64,000 nt of DNA from Schizochytrium sp. TIO01 (taxonomy: Eukaryota > Protista > Bigyra: Labyrinthulomycetes). Under the pieces are notes generated by a model that worked only from the letters and a program-made list of their open reading frames with translations, ran no database searches and was not told the DNA's origin. The translations under genes were made by a program, and so were the position numbers. Of the stretch, positions 1-9,593 are shown piece after piece. Location of the stretch: NCBI GenBank assembly GCA_004764695.1, contig SMSO01000014.1, positions 3,219,648 through 3,283,647 on the forward strand, written 5' to 3'. Numbering within the stretch: the stretch's first letter is position 1; every line of letters starts with the position of its first letter.

Positions 1-1631
1 GCTAGATCAAGTACATGATGGTAAACAATTTCATTTTGCTCAATTCCTTCCATGGCAAGGCCAAGACCTTGTACTTTGCCTTCTTGAATAGCGAGGTTGA
101 TGGATTCCTTTACGTGGCGCATTTCCCCGGCAAGGCCACGATTTCCACCAAAATTATGGAGGTAGGTCCACACCAGCCTTGCGTCTTCGAGCACAGGAGC
201 AAGGCGTTTCCATTGAGGACGTTTCTCGCCATGAAGGTCAAGATATAAAACTCGATCACGAGGGACTGCATCAAGAAACTCCTTAGCTTTCTCTAGAGGC
301 CAGTCCGCACCGCCATGCGCAAGGAACCACATTTGAACAACAAATATAGCTGTCGGGTCGAGGCGGTGTACAGGATCAAAAACAGCATGGAAGGCTGTTC
401 CAACAGCCATTCCCGGCTCCATTTCATTATATAAATCGCAAGAATAGTATCGCGTTGGGATGCGGGCAAGCTCCGCCTCGAACTCCCGAAGTTGAACATC
501 AAGAAAACGAGCGGAGAGTTCTGACGCAAGCGGGTCTTCTGGATGCAGTCGAGCTAAGTTAGTGTATCGTGGGTGGTGAAAGCCTGACCACGAAGAACCC
601 TGTTCAGTTACTGCAAGTTCTGCAACCTGCTGAGGAACATAAAGATTGAAAGCAGGTAGGATTGGAGAGATCCCTAGATCGCCCATTCGCCAAAGAATTT
701 TGTGTTGCAGTTTCAAATGAGCCTGCATAAGCTCGCTCATCATTGGTGTTCCAACTCGTTGAATATTACCCATACGTTGCCAAGATAAGTACATAGATCC
801 CGTAAAGAATGCCTCTCGATCAAAAGTCCCAGGGGAGAGCAACTTGGTATAAACACGGTCCCAAAGTGCTTCTTGTCCGGAATGAGCGAGGGCCAAATTA
901 ACTCCATGCAAAGCCATCCAGTCAAGCTCATCTTCCCAGCGTGCCCAGCCCCAAGTGGCCATGCTATAACTCCAAGTGACCTGGTTGAGATAATAACGAT
1001 GATTTACACGAGCTTTAAAACGACCTTTTCTCAACTTTACATTGTGCAAGCATGAGAACCCTTGCGGAAACGTCTCCTTGCGAGATGCCCAAGACAAGAG
1101 ATCGATGCCACAATCATTACGATACAGGTCCCCGAGGCCATACGATAGCGCACTCAAGCTACTTCCACGGATGTGAATATGGTTTGACTTTCTGGCAAAC
1201 TCATACCAGTCCAATTTGTCTTGTTGATGGCTTTTGTATGCATCAAGGAGTTCAAATTGTACCTTACCAATGTCCAACTCGGGTAGCCTACGTTGAGCAA
1301 GATCATACAGTCCTTGAACATCATTAATATGTTGTCCACTTTGCACCCCCCTATAATGAGAAATTAAACTCTCAAAAGATGGTACCCAGCGATCTGATTG
1401 TACCCACAACTTTGACGACTTTGTAATTGGTAAGTCTGCAGAATCGGTTGCCATCCGAAATAGAGATCTTGCACAAAGCAAGATTGATGCTAGCAAAAGA
1501 ATTAAATATAAGCCTTTTCTTGCAGACCATTCACAATGTTTACGCCGGGCACACTCCCGAAGGATTTGTTTCACATTTCGATCAACGGTGACAACAGCTC
1601 TTCGATACGAAAGCAGTAGCTTCTTTTTCAT
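1..1631 (-). CDS. NAGLU: Alpha-N-acetylglucosaminidase (glycoside hydrolase family 89), 3' end runs off the window
   Basis: Manual translation of the minus strand (absent from the ORF track because it is open at the window edge) gives an uninterrupted frame from ATG 1631: MKKKLLL...GLYLILLLASILLC (signal/anchor), RYYLNQVTWSYS, WGWARWEDELDWMALHGVNLALAHSGQEALW, WQRMGNI, LQHKILWRMGDLGISPILPAF, YSCDLYNEM, FLDAVPRDRVLYLDL, LHNFGGN, GLAMEGIEQNEIVY. These are diagnostic GH89 motifs and include both catalytic Glu (NEM, EGIEQN). Confidence 0.95.
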   Translation of the reverse strand, partial: MKKKLLLSYRRAVVTVDRNVKQILRECARRKHCEWSARKGLYLILLLASILLCARSLFRMATDSADLPITKSSKLWVQSDRWVPSFESLISHYRGVQSGQHINDVQGLYDLAQRRLPELDIGKVQFELLDAYKSHQQDKLDWYEFARKSNHIHIRGSSLSALSYGLGDLYRNDCGIDLLSWASRKETFPQGFSCLHNVKLRKGRFKARVNHRYYLNQVTWSYSMATWGWARWEDELDWMALHGVNLALAHSGQEALWDRVYTKLLSPGTFDREAFFTGSMYLSWQRMGNIQRVGTPMMSELMQAHLKLQHKILWRMGDLGISPILPAFNLYVPQQVAELAVTEQGSSWSGFHHPRYTNLARLHPEDPLASELSARFLDVQLREFEAELARIPTRYYSCDLYNEMEPGMAVGTAFHAVFDPVHRLDPTAIFVVQMWFLAHGGADWPLEKAKEFLDAVPRDRVLYLDLHGEKRPQWKRLAPVLEDARLVWTYLHNFGGNRGLAGEMRHVKESINLAIQEGKVQGLGLAMEGIEQNEIVYHHVLDL

Positions 1632-2098
1632 ATTCAGATGTTTTGTTCTTAATACCCGCTCTTACTAAATTTAATCCTTTCAAACAAAGTTTCTTTGTGA
1701 TTAATTTAACAAATTGAAGCTCGGAACGTATTATTACACAACGTGCTCCCCTTACCCACTCTTTGATACGCGTGGGTACTCTTCAACTGTTTTTCCACTT
1801 CGAAATCGCAGCGGAATCTTCGCTTGTTTGTCTGGGTGAAGTATTTGTGCACAAACCTGTCCTGCTCTCCACTGAAAGTCTTACTAAAGGCAGCACGACC
1901 CAAGCGCTCCTCAGTCAGAAGAGTGGACTTTGCCAGCGCTCGGGTCAGCCAGACCGTACGCTGCGAGGGTGTTTACAAATCTTGGTTCCAAGCTCTAGCA
2001 CAATGCTCTATAAGTGGTCTAAAACTATAAAAAAAGCATTCTTCTCAAGTTTTATACACACACAATAAAAAAAGGTCTATTTAAAGGAAAGAAAGGGT

Positions 2099-2107
2099 AA
2101 AAAAAAA
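2099..2107 (-). terminator. RNA polymerase III oligo-T terminator of tRNA-Ser
   Basis: T9 run on the minus strand 13 nt downstream of the tRNA 3' end. Confidence 0.7.
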
Positions 2108-2120
2108 CATTGGTGGTTTT

Positions 2121-2235
2121 CGAGATGAGCAGGGTTCGAACCTGCGCGGCCGAAGCCATTGGATTACCGGTAGTCCTATTCCCTAAAGAATGGCTACTTC
2201 AAGTCCAACCCGTTAGACCACTCCGGCATCATCCC
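2121..2235 (-). tRNA. tRNA-Ser(UGA) with 33-nt canonical intron
   Basis: Reverse complement folds as GGGATGA acceptor / D-arm CCGGAGTGGTCTAACGG / TTGGA-CT-TGA-A-[33 nt intron]-A-TCCAA / long variable arm TGGCTTCGGCCG / GCAGG-TTCGAAC-CCTGC / TCATCTC-G. Intron after position 37 is the eukaryotic type. Confidence 0.93.
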
Positions 2236-3530
2236 AATGCGAAGATGCTATCGAAGAGTGAAACCAGGTTAATAAACCACAAAATTCGAGAAGCTGTCAA
2301 AAGCTAAAGCTCTGTTAGAGTATTTCAAAAGGATTGGGTTGGTGGCGCTGTTAGGTAAGACAGCAGACTGATAGGAACGAGGGAAGGCCTTGAGTTTTGT
2401 TACTTTAAAGTAAGCGCCGGCCTCGAACTACTGACACAGTTAAAGCACAGACTTCTTTTGGACTTGGCATCCTAAATATAACAGTACGTTTTGCGAGTTA
2501 TTTTGGCTAAACGATTCTAAGAGCGTTTGCTCCTCTATGCTGCGGTGCAGCAATCTTCTATGTCTTTGATGGTATAGTTTGGAAGATTTTGCGAGACAAG
2601 CTTCACGAACTACAAATGAGAATGGTCGAGTCGCAATCTAAATTCCTTTCTCCATTCTGCATATAATGAGCGCTTTAGACTTGGGTTTTAATTGTGAAGA
2701 GTGTTTGTAGGGAAGACCCTCAGCTCCTACAACGTGTTTTAGAAATTGCTTTCCAAAAGAGGGTTTAGATTTTGCAATTGTCCTTAATTTACTTTGTTAC
2801 TCTACTCTGACTACATTGAAAATGGCTGCTAAGTACTTTTATGATCTAAGCTAACGGAGGGGGTGTGGTTCTAGGAGTTTATCAAAGTCCTTTCATATTG
2901 TTGATGACTTCTTCGAACCAAGGATGGATGTAACTTCGAGGAGTTAACAAAATTAGTCGCACTAATTTGTCTAATAGAAGAAGTGTATCTTCGGGAAACA
3001 AGGGGCAATATATAGAGTCTATACCATTCCTGCTTTAACTGTGCTAAAGAAGATACTTATCAATTGAATATTGTGTGTGAGAGTCTTTATTCAAACTAGA
3101 GTTTGTTTTGCCAACTTCAAATATCATATAATATTCAATGCTATGCAATCATCGAAGCCACTCTAAAAATGTTCTTCTGCAGATGACTTGTTCATTGAAA
3201 TAAAATTTATTGCTAAGAGTTTGTACGTGTAAAGAGCATGCATAGTGAGACTTCAAGATTCATCTTAGCCCAAACCAACAAAGTATGCGTGTTAAATTTC
3301 GCGATGGACATCGCATGTCCTTATATTATAATTAGAAGAGCATCCCAGTTCATAAATTCTTTAGATATTTATTACAGAACGAACTTCAATGAGAAGAATG
3401 TTGTGGTTCATGAGCTCGCTCCTTTTTCTTTTGTTGGTAAATGAAATTTTTTGTGAGCGTGGGAGATCTCTGGATTTCTTTTTTTTATTATGTACTGAAA
3501 GCACGACGAAGCTGAAATAAACGAATAAAC

Positions 3531-6500
3531 TTATAAGGGAGGGAGACTTGGCCCGAGTGCAGAAGATCTGCGCTCTGGAATGTGTGATCGACGCCGACTG
3601 ACCGTAGTGTCTTGCTCTTGTCTATTATCGCGAAGTACACGAGCTGAGTGCTTGAATGAATTCGCTGTTGATGAACTTCGAGGGCTTGCTACTGAGGTTG
3701 GAGTAGAATGACCCTTCGAAGTAGAAGATTGCAAAGATGCAAGCCGAGGAATTCGCGATTTTGGAGCCACTTCCAAGGGGTCTCGAGGAATTGTGGCCTG
3801 CGGACGACTAGCCAAAGGTTCAAGAGCTTTAGGGCGTACCAATTTAGAGGATTGTGTACGGTTTTTTCGACTGTGACCATCACTTAGATAAGTGCGTACG
3901 CGAGATCGGGATGGAGAGGACTGGGCACGTGCCGGTTTACCTCTCGGAGCTGCACCACTCGTGTCAAGCAAGGTATTCTTCGATTGAAGAGGAACATTAT
4001 TGCCAGAGTCATGATGGGACTCAGTATTGCTTGCAGCGCTAGCTGTATGATTTTCCGAAGGTTGCACTTGTTCATCTCCACCCATGTGTAATAGTTGTAA
4101 ACGGAAGTCACGCGTTGCGATCTTTTCCTTTCGACGAGATTTTTTGTCTTCTGGGCAAAGATTGTCTGTATCCAAAGGTTCACTAATATGAGAGCTAGGC
4201 GTGCATTTGTCTTTAGTTTCTTCAAGATGATCTTCTTTCTCCGCTGTTTCTTCTGGTGAAGGGACTGTAGTGTTTGAGCTGACAGCGGGAGGGGCATTTT
4301 CTTTTTGGGCATCATTGGTGATAACCCGAGGTCTCTGTTTGTTACTATTTGACGACGCACTTTTCTGCAACATGCTTTGTATTCGAATACGCTCGCGCGG
4401 GACTTCCTCAAGGCGGTCACCATCATCGAAATCAATAGTGTAAAGGTCTAAGGATGATGAATAAGAAAAAATGGTGCCAGGAAAGAACCGTTTCCAATGC
4501 GCCGCTTTCGCAAGTACCTTTGCTCCACAAGGAAATGGCTCCTCTATCGCATGCGTAACCCCGGCGGCTTTCTCTAAATCCTCATCATTTGCGCTGTGGG
4601 ACGTTCCTGCTGGAGGTGCATATGGAGAGTCTTGAGAATTGTTGGCCTCGGCATCCGAAGCGTCGTCCTCCCGCCCGGCAAGCTCGGCATCGAGCTCTGC
4701 TCTCCAAGATTCTGACCAGTCCTCCTTTTGCGCTAGAAACTCTTCTTGGTAAGATATGCGCTCTTTACGCGGGGGAAGACTCGCGAGATCTAAGGAAGGA
4801 ACTCGCTGAAGAGTAGCTTTTGAGCCGCTCTGCGATAGCTCTCGACACCGTTCGTTGTAATTTTCGATGCCATCACTATCAATTGTCCATGTTGATTGTT
4901 GATTTGGCTTGACTTTACATAAGGCTGTGTTCGTGGTATTTCCATCCACAAGGCTATCGGAATCGTTTACTTCAGCTTCGTCAATACCCTGGATAACATC
5001 AGGTCCCGACTGTGCGTTTCGACGGCTGCTCGGAAACTCGGTGTCCTCATCTAGGTTGACCTTCTCCGCCTCTGGAAAGACGGTGCCTTGGCCCGCTTCA
5101 TGGGAAGCCAGTTCGCGCATCTGAGAACTAGGAAAATCCTTAGATTTCCCGTGATTATTCGAAGAAGTAGCAGATTGCGAATGTGCTACGTTTGCCTCGC
5201 CCGTTTTGTAAACAAGCGCATGCTCATCATATTCGAAAAAGACGCCTTTGCCATCCACAAGTCGGCGTATCGGTCTTCCATCATTCAGTTCTTCCCCCTC
5301 ATCTCCACGAGGGCTTCGTTCAAACAATTGCAAGTTTTCAGAAGATTCAAGACCAAGCTCCTGGGAGATTGCTGATCGCACATCTTGAACAAACGCCCTC
5401 TCTGGGACAAATACGCGAAACGCCACCTCTGTAGAGTCTCGTTTGAAAACGCGCATAAGTACTGAGCCTGGAGGGATTGGCTTGCCTTTCCCAAGATGAA
5501 TAACACTATGATCACAGAAACCAGCAGCCTCCAAGGTCACAGACGTATCTTTGATTTGCGGACCCTTTGCTGAACCCCGAATATGGAAAGCATCTATGTC
5601 AAGTTCTTCTTTGTCTTCGAGAGCACGAAGAAGTCTTTCCTTCACCTCAAGCAAGGAAAGGTCGCGCTGAATACGGATAGAGTGATTATATTGGACAGGT
5701 TCCCCACGCGCATTTAACCTTGGATCATTAAAAGTGATTTCCATGAAACTCATTGCTTCAGTGTAGGCCTCTACCAGCGCATTTGCGTCCAATACGGTGG
5801 ACCTGGTGATGAGGATTCCATCACCATGGCGAAACAATTCAGAAATAGAGAACTCATTAACATCCTTCAAAACCTCGATAGTCGCGCTATCCTTCACGTC
5901 TCTGTGCCTCTGAGAGAGTATGGATTTAGCTCGAAGCAGCTCAAGCTCATTAGTAGGTATACCAAGCTTACACGCAATGAATTGGCGAGCTTCTCGAATG
6001 CTAGCTGCATGAGGCAAAATTACAGGGAGAAAGCTTGTCTGAAAGTTGAAAGCAGAGTCCGTTGCGTCTACAGTACTACCAGTCCACGAAGCTCGGAGTG
6101 GCAAGGGTTCGCATACGGCTTCGTTCCAAGCAAATAAGCAAACTTGTACAACGTCTTCCTGAGCTTCTCTGCTGACCTCAGCATGCCAAGAAGAAGACTC
6201 GAGCCACGGAGGACAGAACTCCAAGAGTAGCGTGGCTTGTCCAACAAATCCGAGCGTTTCTAATGATCGATCTTCGGATACGTCGATGGCACTGCCAATG
6301 CGATTCATATTTTCCCTGACACGACGAAGTCTACAACGAATGAGTGGAATATTCTCTTTTACAGCATGGGGTACAAGTTGACGATACGCAAGGTTTTTTA
6401 CATCAGCCGGAGTGGCTTTCCGAGAATGAACGGTAATGGTCGTAGACTCAGGCATGCTAGGGAAGAGCTCATGCTGGGAGTTAAGAGCCGGGCCTGCAAC

Positions 6501-7964
6501 CACACGAATTCGAACGAGTTGGCGGTCCATAGTTCGTACCTGACGTAAAAAGCTTCTGTATTCGTTGCGCTCTTGTACCCATTCAATAAGATCCTCTTTT
6601 GGAATCAATGATTTTGCATATCGATCTGCTTGACTTGCAGAAGTATAGAAAAGCATATATGCACCACCCTCAGCTAAACACCCACCTTTGTGACACATAC
6701 GCATGACTTGCTCCTCGTCAAGTTCTGTGACGGTTGTATCATTAAACTCATGCCAGATACTCTCTCCTGTGCGAACGATCGCGTAGTAATGCCCTGAATT
6801 TGCACTACCTTGATGAACAATAATTGCGGAAAGTTTGTATTGGGTAGGTGAGGCATCTTCGTTATCATCGTCTAGGCCAATATTTGACTGGGCTGGGTCC
6901 TGTCGTATGTTTTGGCACGCCATTAAATCCTCATCAAGAGAGTCAGAAATAGAGTCTTCCACATTGCTTGCACCCGGGTTTTCATCGTCGCTATTTCTTT
7001 CAGAGCATTCAGTGGTTTGTTTGTAGTTGTCAAGGCCAACAAGGTGCGCAACATCCAAATGCAAGGGAATTTCCACAGTATCATCTATTTTGTTGCGCCG
7101 ACCTGTTTCCCAATCAAAGTCAAAGCGCTTTAAATGTAAGACAAGTGTGGAAGGTAGTGTAACAAGGCGATGACCCTTGACAGCATCTGCTTTGGCATTA
7201 CAGTGTTCACAAAAATACTGATTGTCTCCGTCCAGGCGCTCAACCTCAACAAATGTGTGAAGAGCATCTTTCACATTGACAACATCTTGGACTACTAAGC
7301 TAAGATCCTGGAATTCCTCACGGCGTGCACGTCGATGTGAGCATTGTAAACAGGTGATATAATCCACGAGAGACCCTTTAAATGAGTTAACAAAACTTTT
7401 ACCGTCTTTGAATTGTTCAAGGGAGTCAAACAGAACACGAGCCAGTTCTTGCACATCTTGCTGCTCGAAGGCATCCGCATCGCTCCATCCAAAACTTTTC
7501 GTGAGTGCTGTGGTACTCACAGCAGCTTCCTCAGCAAGTTGTAGTCTTGCAAAAAGCTGTTGTAGCTGCAGCGGTATGCATTTTTCAGGATCTGACACAT
7601 CATCGGGAGTGGGCGTCCAGTCATACACCTTCTCGCGGAACGCCCTAGTATAAAATAGCGTTTGCAGTAGAGAATTAAGATAACATGTCGCACCCTGGTT
7701 ATGAAGTCCAATTATTTCAGTAGATAGCCGATCGCAAGGGTCGAGCGCAAATCTCCCTTCTTTGCTGAGAAACATTTCCAGTAATTGCTTGTTCTGTTCA
7801 TGCTTGCTAAAGTCGTAGTCCTCTGCAAAACCAAGGCCATTGTCGTTTTCTAAGTCTGCGCTATCAAAGGAAGACGATGCTGAGAGATCAGTCCGCGAGG
7901 AATCTTGACCACTTTCGTCTGATCTAGACGAAAGTTTTCCCGTGGGTTTTCCAAGCCTGGGCAT
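3531..7964 (-). CDS. Ubiquitin-specific protease (peptidase C19, USP47/USP40-like) with C-terminal Tudor-like domain
   Basis: Cys box GLHNQGATCYLNSLLQTLF, QQDVQEL, Zn-finger CxxC pairs, His box HQGSANSGHYYA and WHEFNDTTV. Probable Ubl-like middle region, Tudor-like GAKVLAK...FFPGTI...YTIDFDDGD and a disordered tail. First ATG is at 7964; the track uses an upstream TTG at 8048. Confidence 0.9.
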   Translation of the reverse strand: MPRLGKPTGKLSSRSDESGQDSSRTDLSASSSFDSADLENDNGLGFAEDYDFSKHEQNKQLLEMFLSKEGRFALDPCDRLSTEIIGLHNQGATCYLNSLLQTLFYTRAFREKVYDWTPTPDDVSDPEKCIPLQLQQLFARLQLAEEAAVSTTALTKSFGWSDADAFEQQDVQELARVLFDSLEQFKDGKSFVNSFKGSLVDYITCLQCSHRRARREEFQDLSLVVQDVVNVKDALHTFVEVERLDGDNQYFCEHCNAKADAVKGHRLVTLPSTLVLHLKRFDFDWETGRRNKIDDTVEIPLHLDVAHLVGLDNYKQTTECSERNSDDENPGASNVEDSISDSLDEDLMACQNIRQDPAQSNIGLDDDNEDASPTQYKLSAIIVHQGSANSGHYYAIVRTGESIWHEFNDTTVTELDEEQVMRMCHKGGCLAEGGAYMLFYTSASQADRYAKSLIPKEDLIEWVQERNEYRSFLRQVRTMDRQLVRIRVVAGPALNSQHELFPSMPESTTITVHSRKATPADVKNLAYRQLVPHAVKENIPLIRCRLRRVRENMNRIGSAIDVSEDRSLETLGFVGQATLLLEFCPPWLESSSWHAEVSREAQEDVVQVCLFAWNEAVCEPLPLRASWTGSTVDATDSAFNFQTSFLPVILPHAASIREARQFIACKLGIPTNELELLRAKSILSQRHRDVKDSATIEVLKDVNEFSISELFRHGDGILITRSTVLDANALVEAYTEAMSFMEITFNDPRLNARGEPVQYNHSIRIQRDLSLLEVKERLLRALEDKEELDIDAFHIRGSAKGPQIKDTSVTLEAAGFCDHSVIHLGKGKPIPPGSVLMRVFKRDSTEVAFRVFVPERAFVQDVRSAISQELGLESSENLQLFERSPRGDEGEELNDGRPIRRLVDGKGVFFEYDEHALVYKTGEANVAHSQSATSSNNHGKSKDFPSSQMRELASHEAGQGTVFPEAEKVNLDEDTEFPSSRRNAQSGPDVIQGIDEAEVNDSDSLVDGNTTNTALCKVKPNQQSTWTIDSDGIENYNERCRELSQSGSKATLQRVPSLDLASLPPRKERISYQEEFLAQKEDWSESWRAELDAELAGREDDASDAEANNSQDSPYAPPAGTSHSANDEDLEKAAGVTHAIEEPFPCGAKVLAKAAHWKRFFPGTIFSYSSSLDLYTIDFDDGDRLEEVPRERIRIQSMLQKSASSNSNKQRPRVITNDAQKENAPPAVSSNTTVPSPEETAEKEDHLEETKDKCTPSSHISEPLDTDNLCPEDKKSRRKEKIATRDFRLQLLHMGGDEQVQPSENHTASAASNTESHHDSGNNVPLQSKNTLLDTSGAAPRGKPARAQSSPSRSRVRTYLSDGHSRKNRTQSSKLVRPKALEPLASRPQATIPRDPLEVAPKSRIPRLASLQSSTSKGHSTPTSVASPRSSSTANSFKHSARVLRDNRQEQDTTVSRRRSHIPERRSSALGPSLPPL

Positions 7965-9593
7965 TCTGAATCTCGTCGTTAAAGGAATCGGGCTGGATTC
8001 GAACAGCAAGAGAACTTTGCTGTGGCTCTGCTCTGGTAGGAAAGTCAATGGGCTTTCTAAACTTGCGCTCCACCAAAGTCTTTGAAATTTGAGTTAATAA
8101 TGTTGAATACCTCAGCTGTGCCGGGTTATTCTTGGCTGCTATTATAGCGCAACCCAGAGCTCTGTGGTTCAATCGCTTCGCAAGTCCTCCCCGAGGAATA
8201 CGCTGTTGTCGAACGAAGACCCCAAACCCACTTGCGGTCTTGTTACTCTTGCTGGCTGATACAGCGTCTTCGATGGAACTACTTTTCCTAATATGCTTTA
8301 GATTGCAAAGTTCATGTATTGACTTACTTGATCTAGGTAGGAAGAATAGCCTCAGCTTATTATTATTAGCAACAAGTGTTACAGCCCAATTGGACTTGGC
8401 TGTGCTCTGATGCTTTCTTTTACAGTATGCGACCGTTCAATGACAGTTACAGTATCTTGCATTGTAAGCGGGGCTGCCTTTTTGCCAATTCTTTCGGGGG
8501 TTCATAAAATACAAAGTTCTCAAAAGTACGCACTACAACAGCATAGCACCACAAGAGTGTTGCATCGAGGAGCATGATTCCAGCTTTAGGGAACAGGTAA
8601 TTCGGGGATAACGTCCCTCCTTGGTTTGCGTCGGTGCCCCCCCTAGCACCTCAGAATGATTGTTCGTGCTCCGTTTTTTTAGCCATCGTTCAATTCCACA
8701 ATAGGACTGACTACGCTAGTAATAGCACTTACAAAAATAATGTACATTTTTAATGTTTCTCTTTTAAATCAATAGAATTTTACCGTTCAGTAAAAGAAAC
8801 TCTTCTTTGGACCGTTACGAATTCTTCTCAACCAGGTAGGTAGGCCCAAAGAGGTCCTCTTCTACCGTCCAGCCCGGTTGTTTGAGTTGAGTACTCCTGT
8901 CCAGACTACGCATGAGTATTATTTCTATGAAAAAAGGGACTTGGACTTCTGCTCATAGGAGTGAATCCCAAAATAGAGGGCGGAATTAATTAGAAGGCTT
9001 TGAAAGTGCATTTACATGGTAATCTGTTTTCCCCGCCTGAAGTACATTATAAAACCGTGTATGTAGACATCGTAGAAATTATTACAGTAGATTACTTTGG
9101 AAGTGCAGACAACGCAAGGCCAAAACAGTAGTGCTGCGTAAAGCTGCTGGGACAACGCGGCAACTTGGGGCACAAGGCAAGCAACACACTCGTGCAATTA
9201 TCTTGCTTGGGCAGCAGAGGTCGTCCAACTAAGACAGGCTGCGCTAAACGCCTTGCTGGGGAATAATTGGAGTATAGATTGACAACTTAACCCGCCTGTG
9301 GAGGGAGGATAGAGCGCATTGACAGTGCGTCAGGGATCTGAATAACATAGGTTATAAACGCCCCGTCTTGCGAATACATTGGCACCTGGCTTGGGTCTGA
9401 TCAAGCAAGCGCCAATCAAACACGTTATCCCAGGGTATGTCAGTGATAAATTGACGAAGGGTATCAATCTTGGGGGCCCAGCGCGTGGGATCTTGGTGCT
9501 AGTCTGCTCGAAAAGAGGTTTCAAGGGCCGGCAAACGCTCAAAAGACTTTCAGCCGTGTTCACGCGCATTTAGAATCACCAAAATAATTGGAG

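Noticed and set aside
15-1339. Short ORFs in the track (initially suspected retrotransposon debris)
   Set aside because: All are alternative-frame shadows of the continuous minus-strand GH89 gene.
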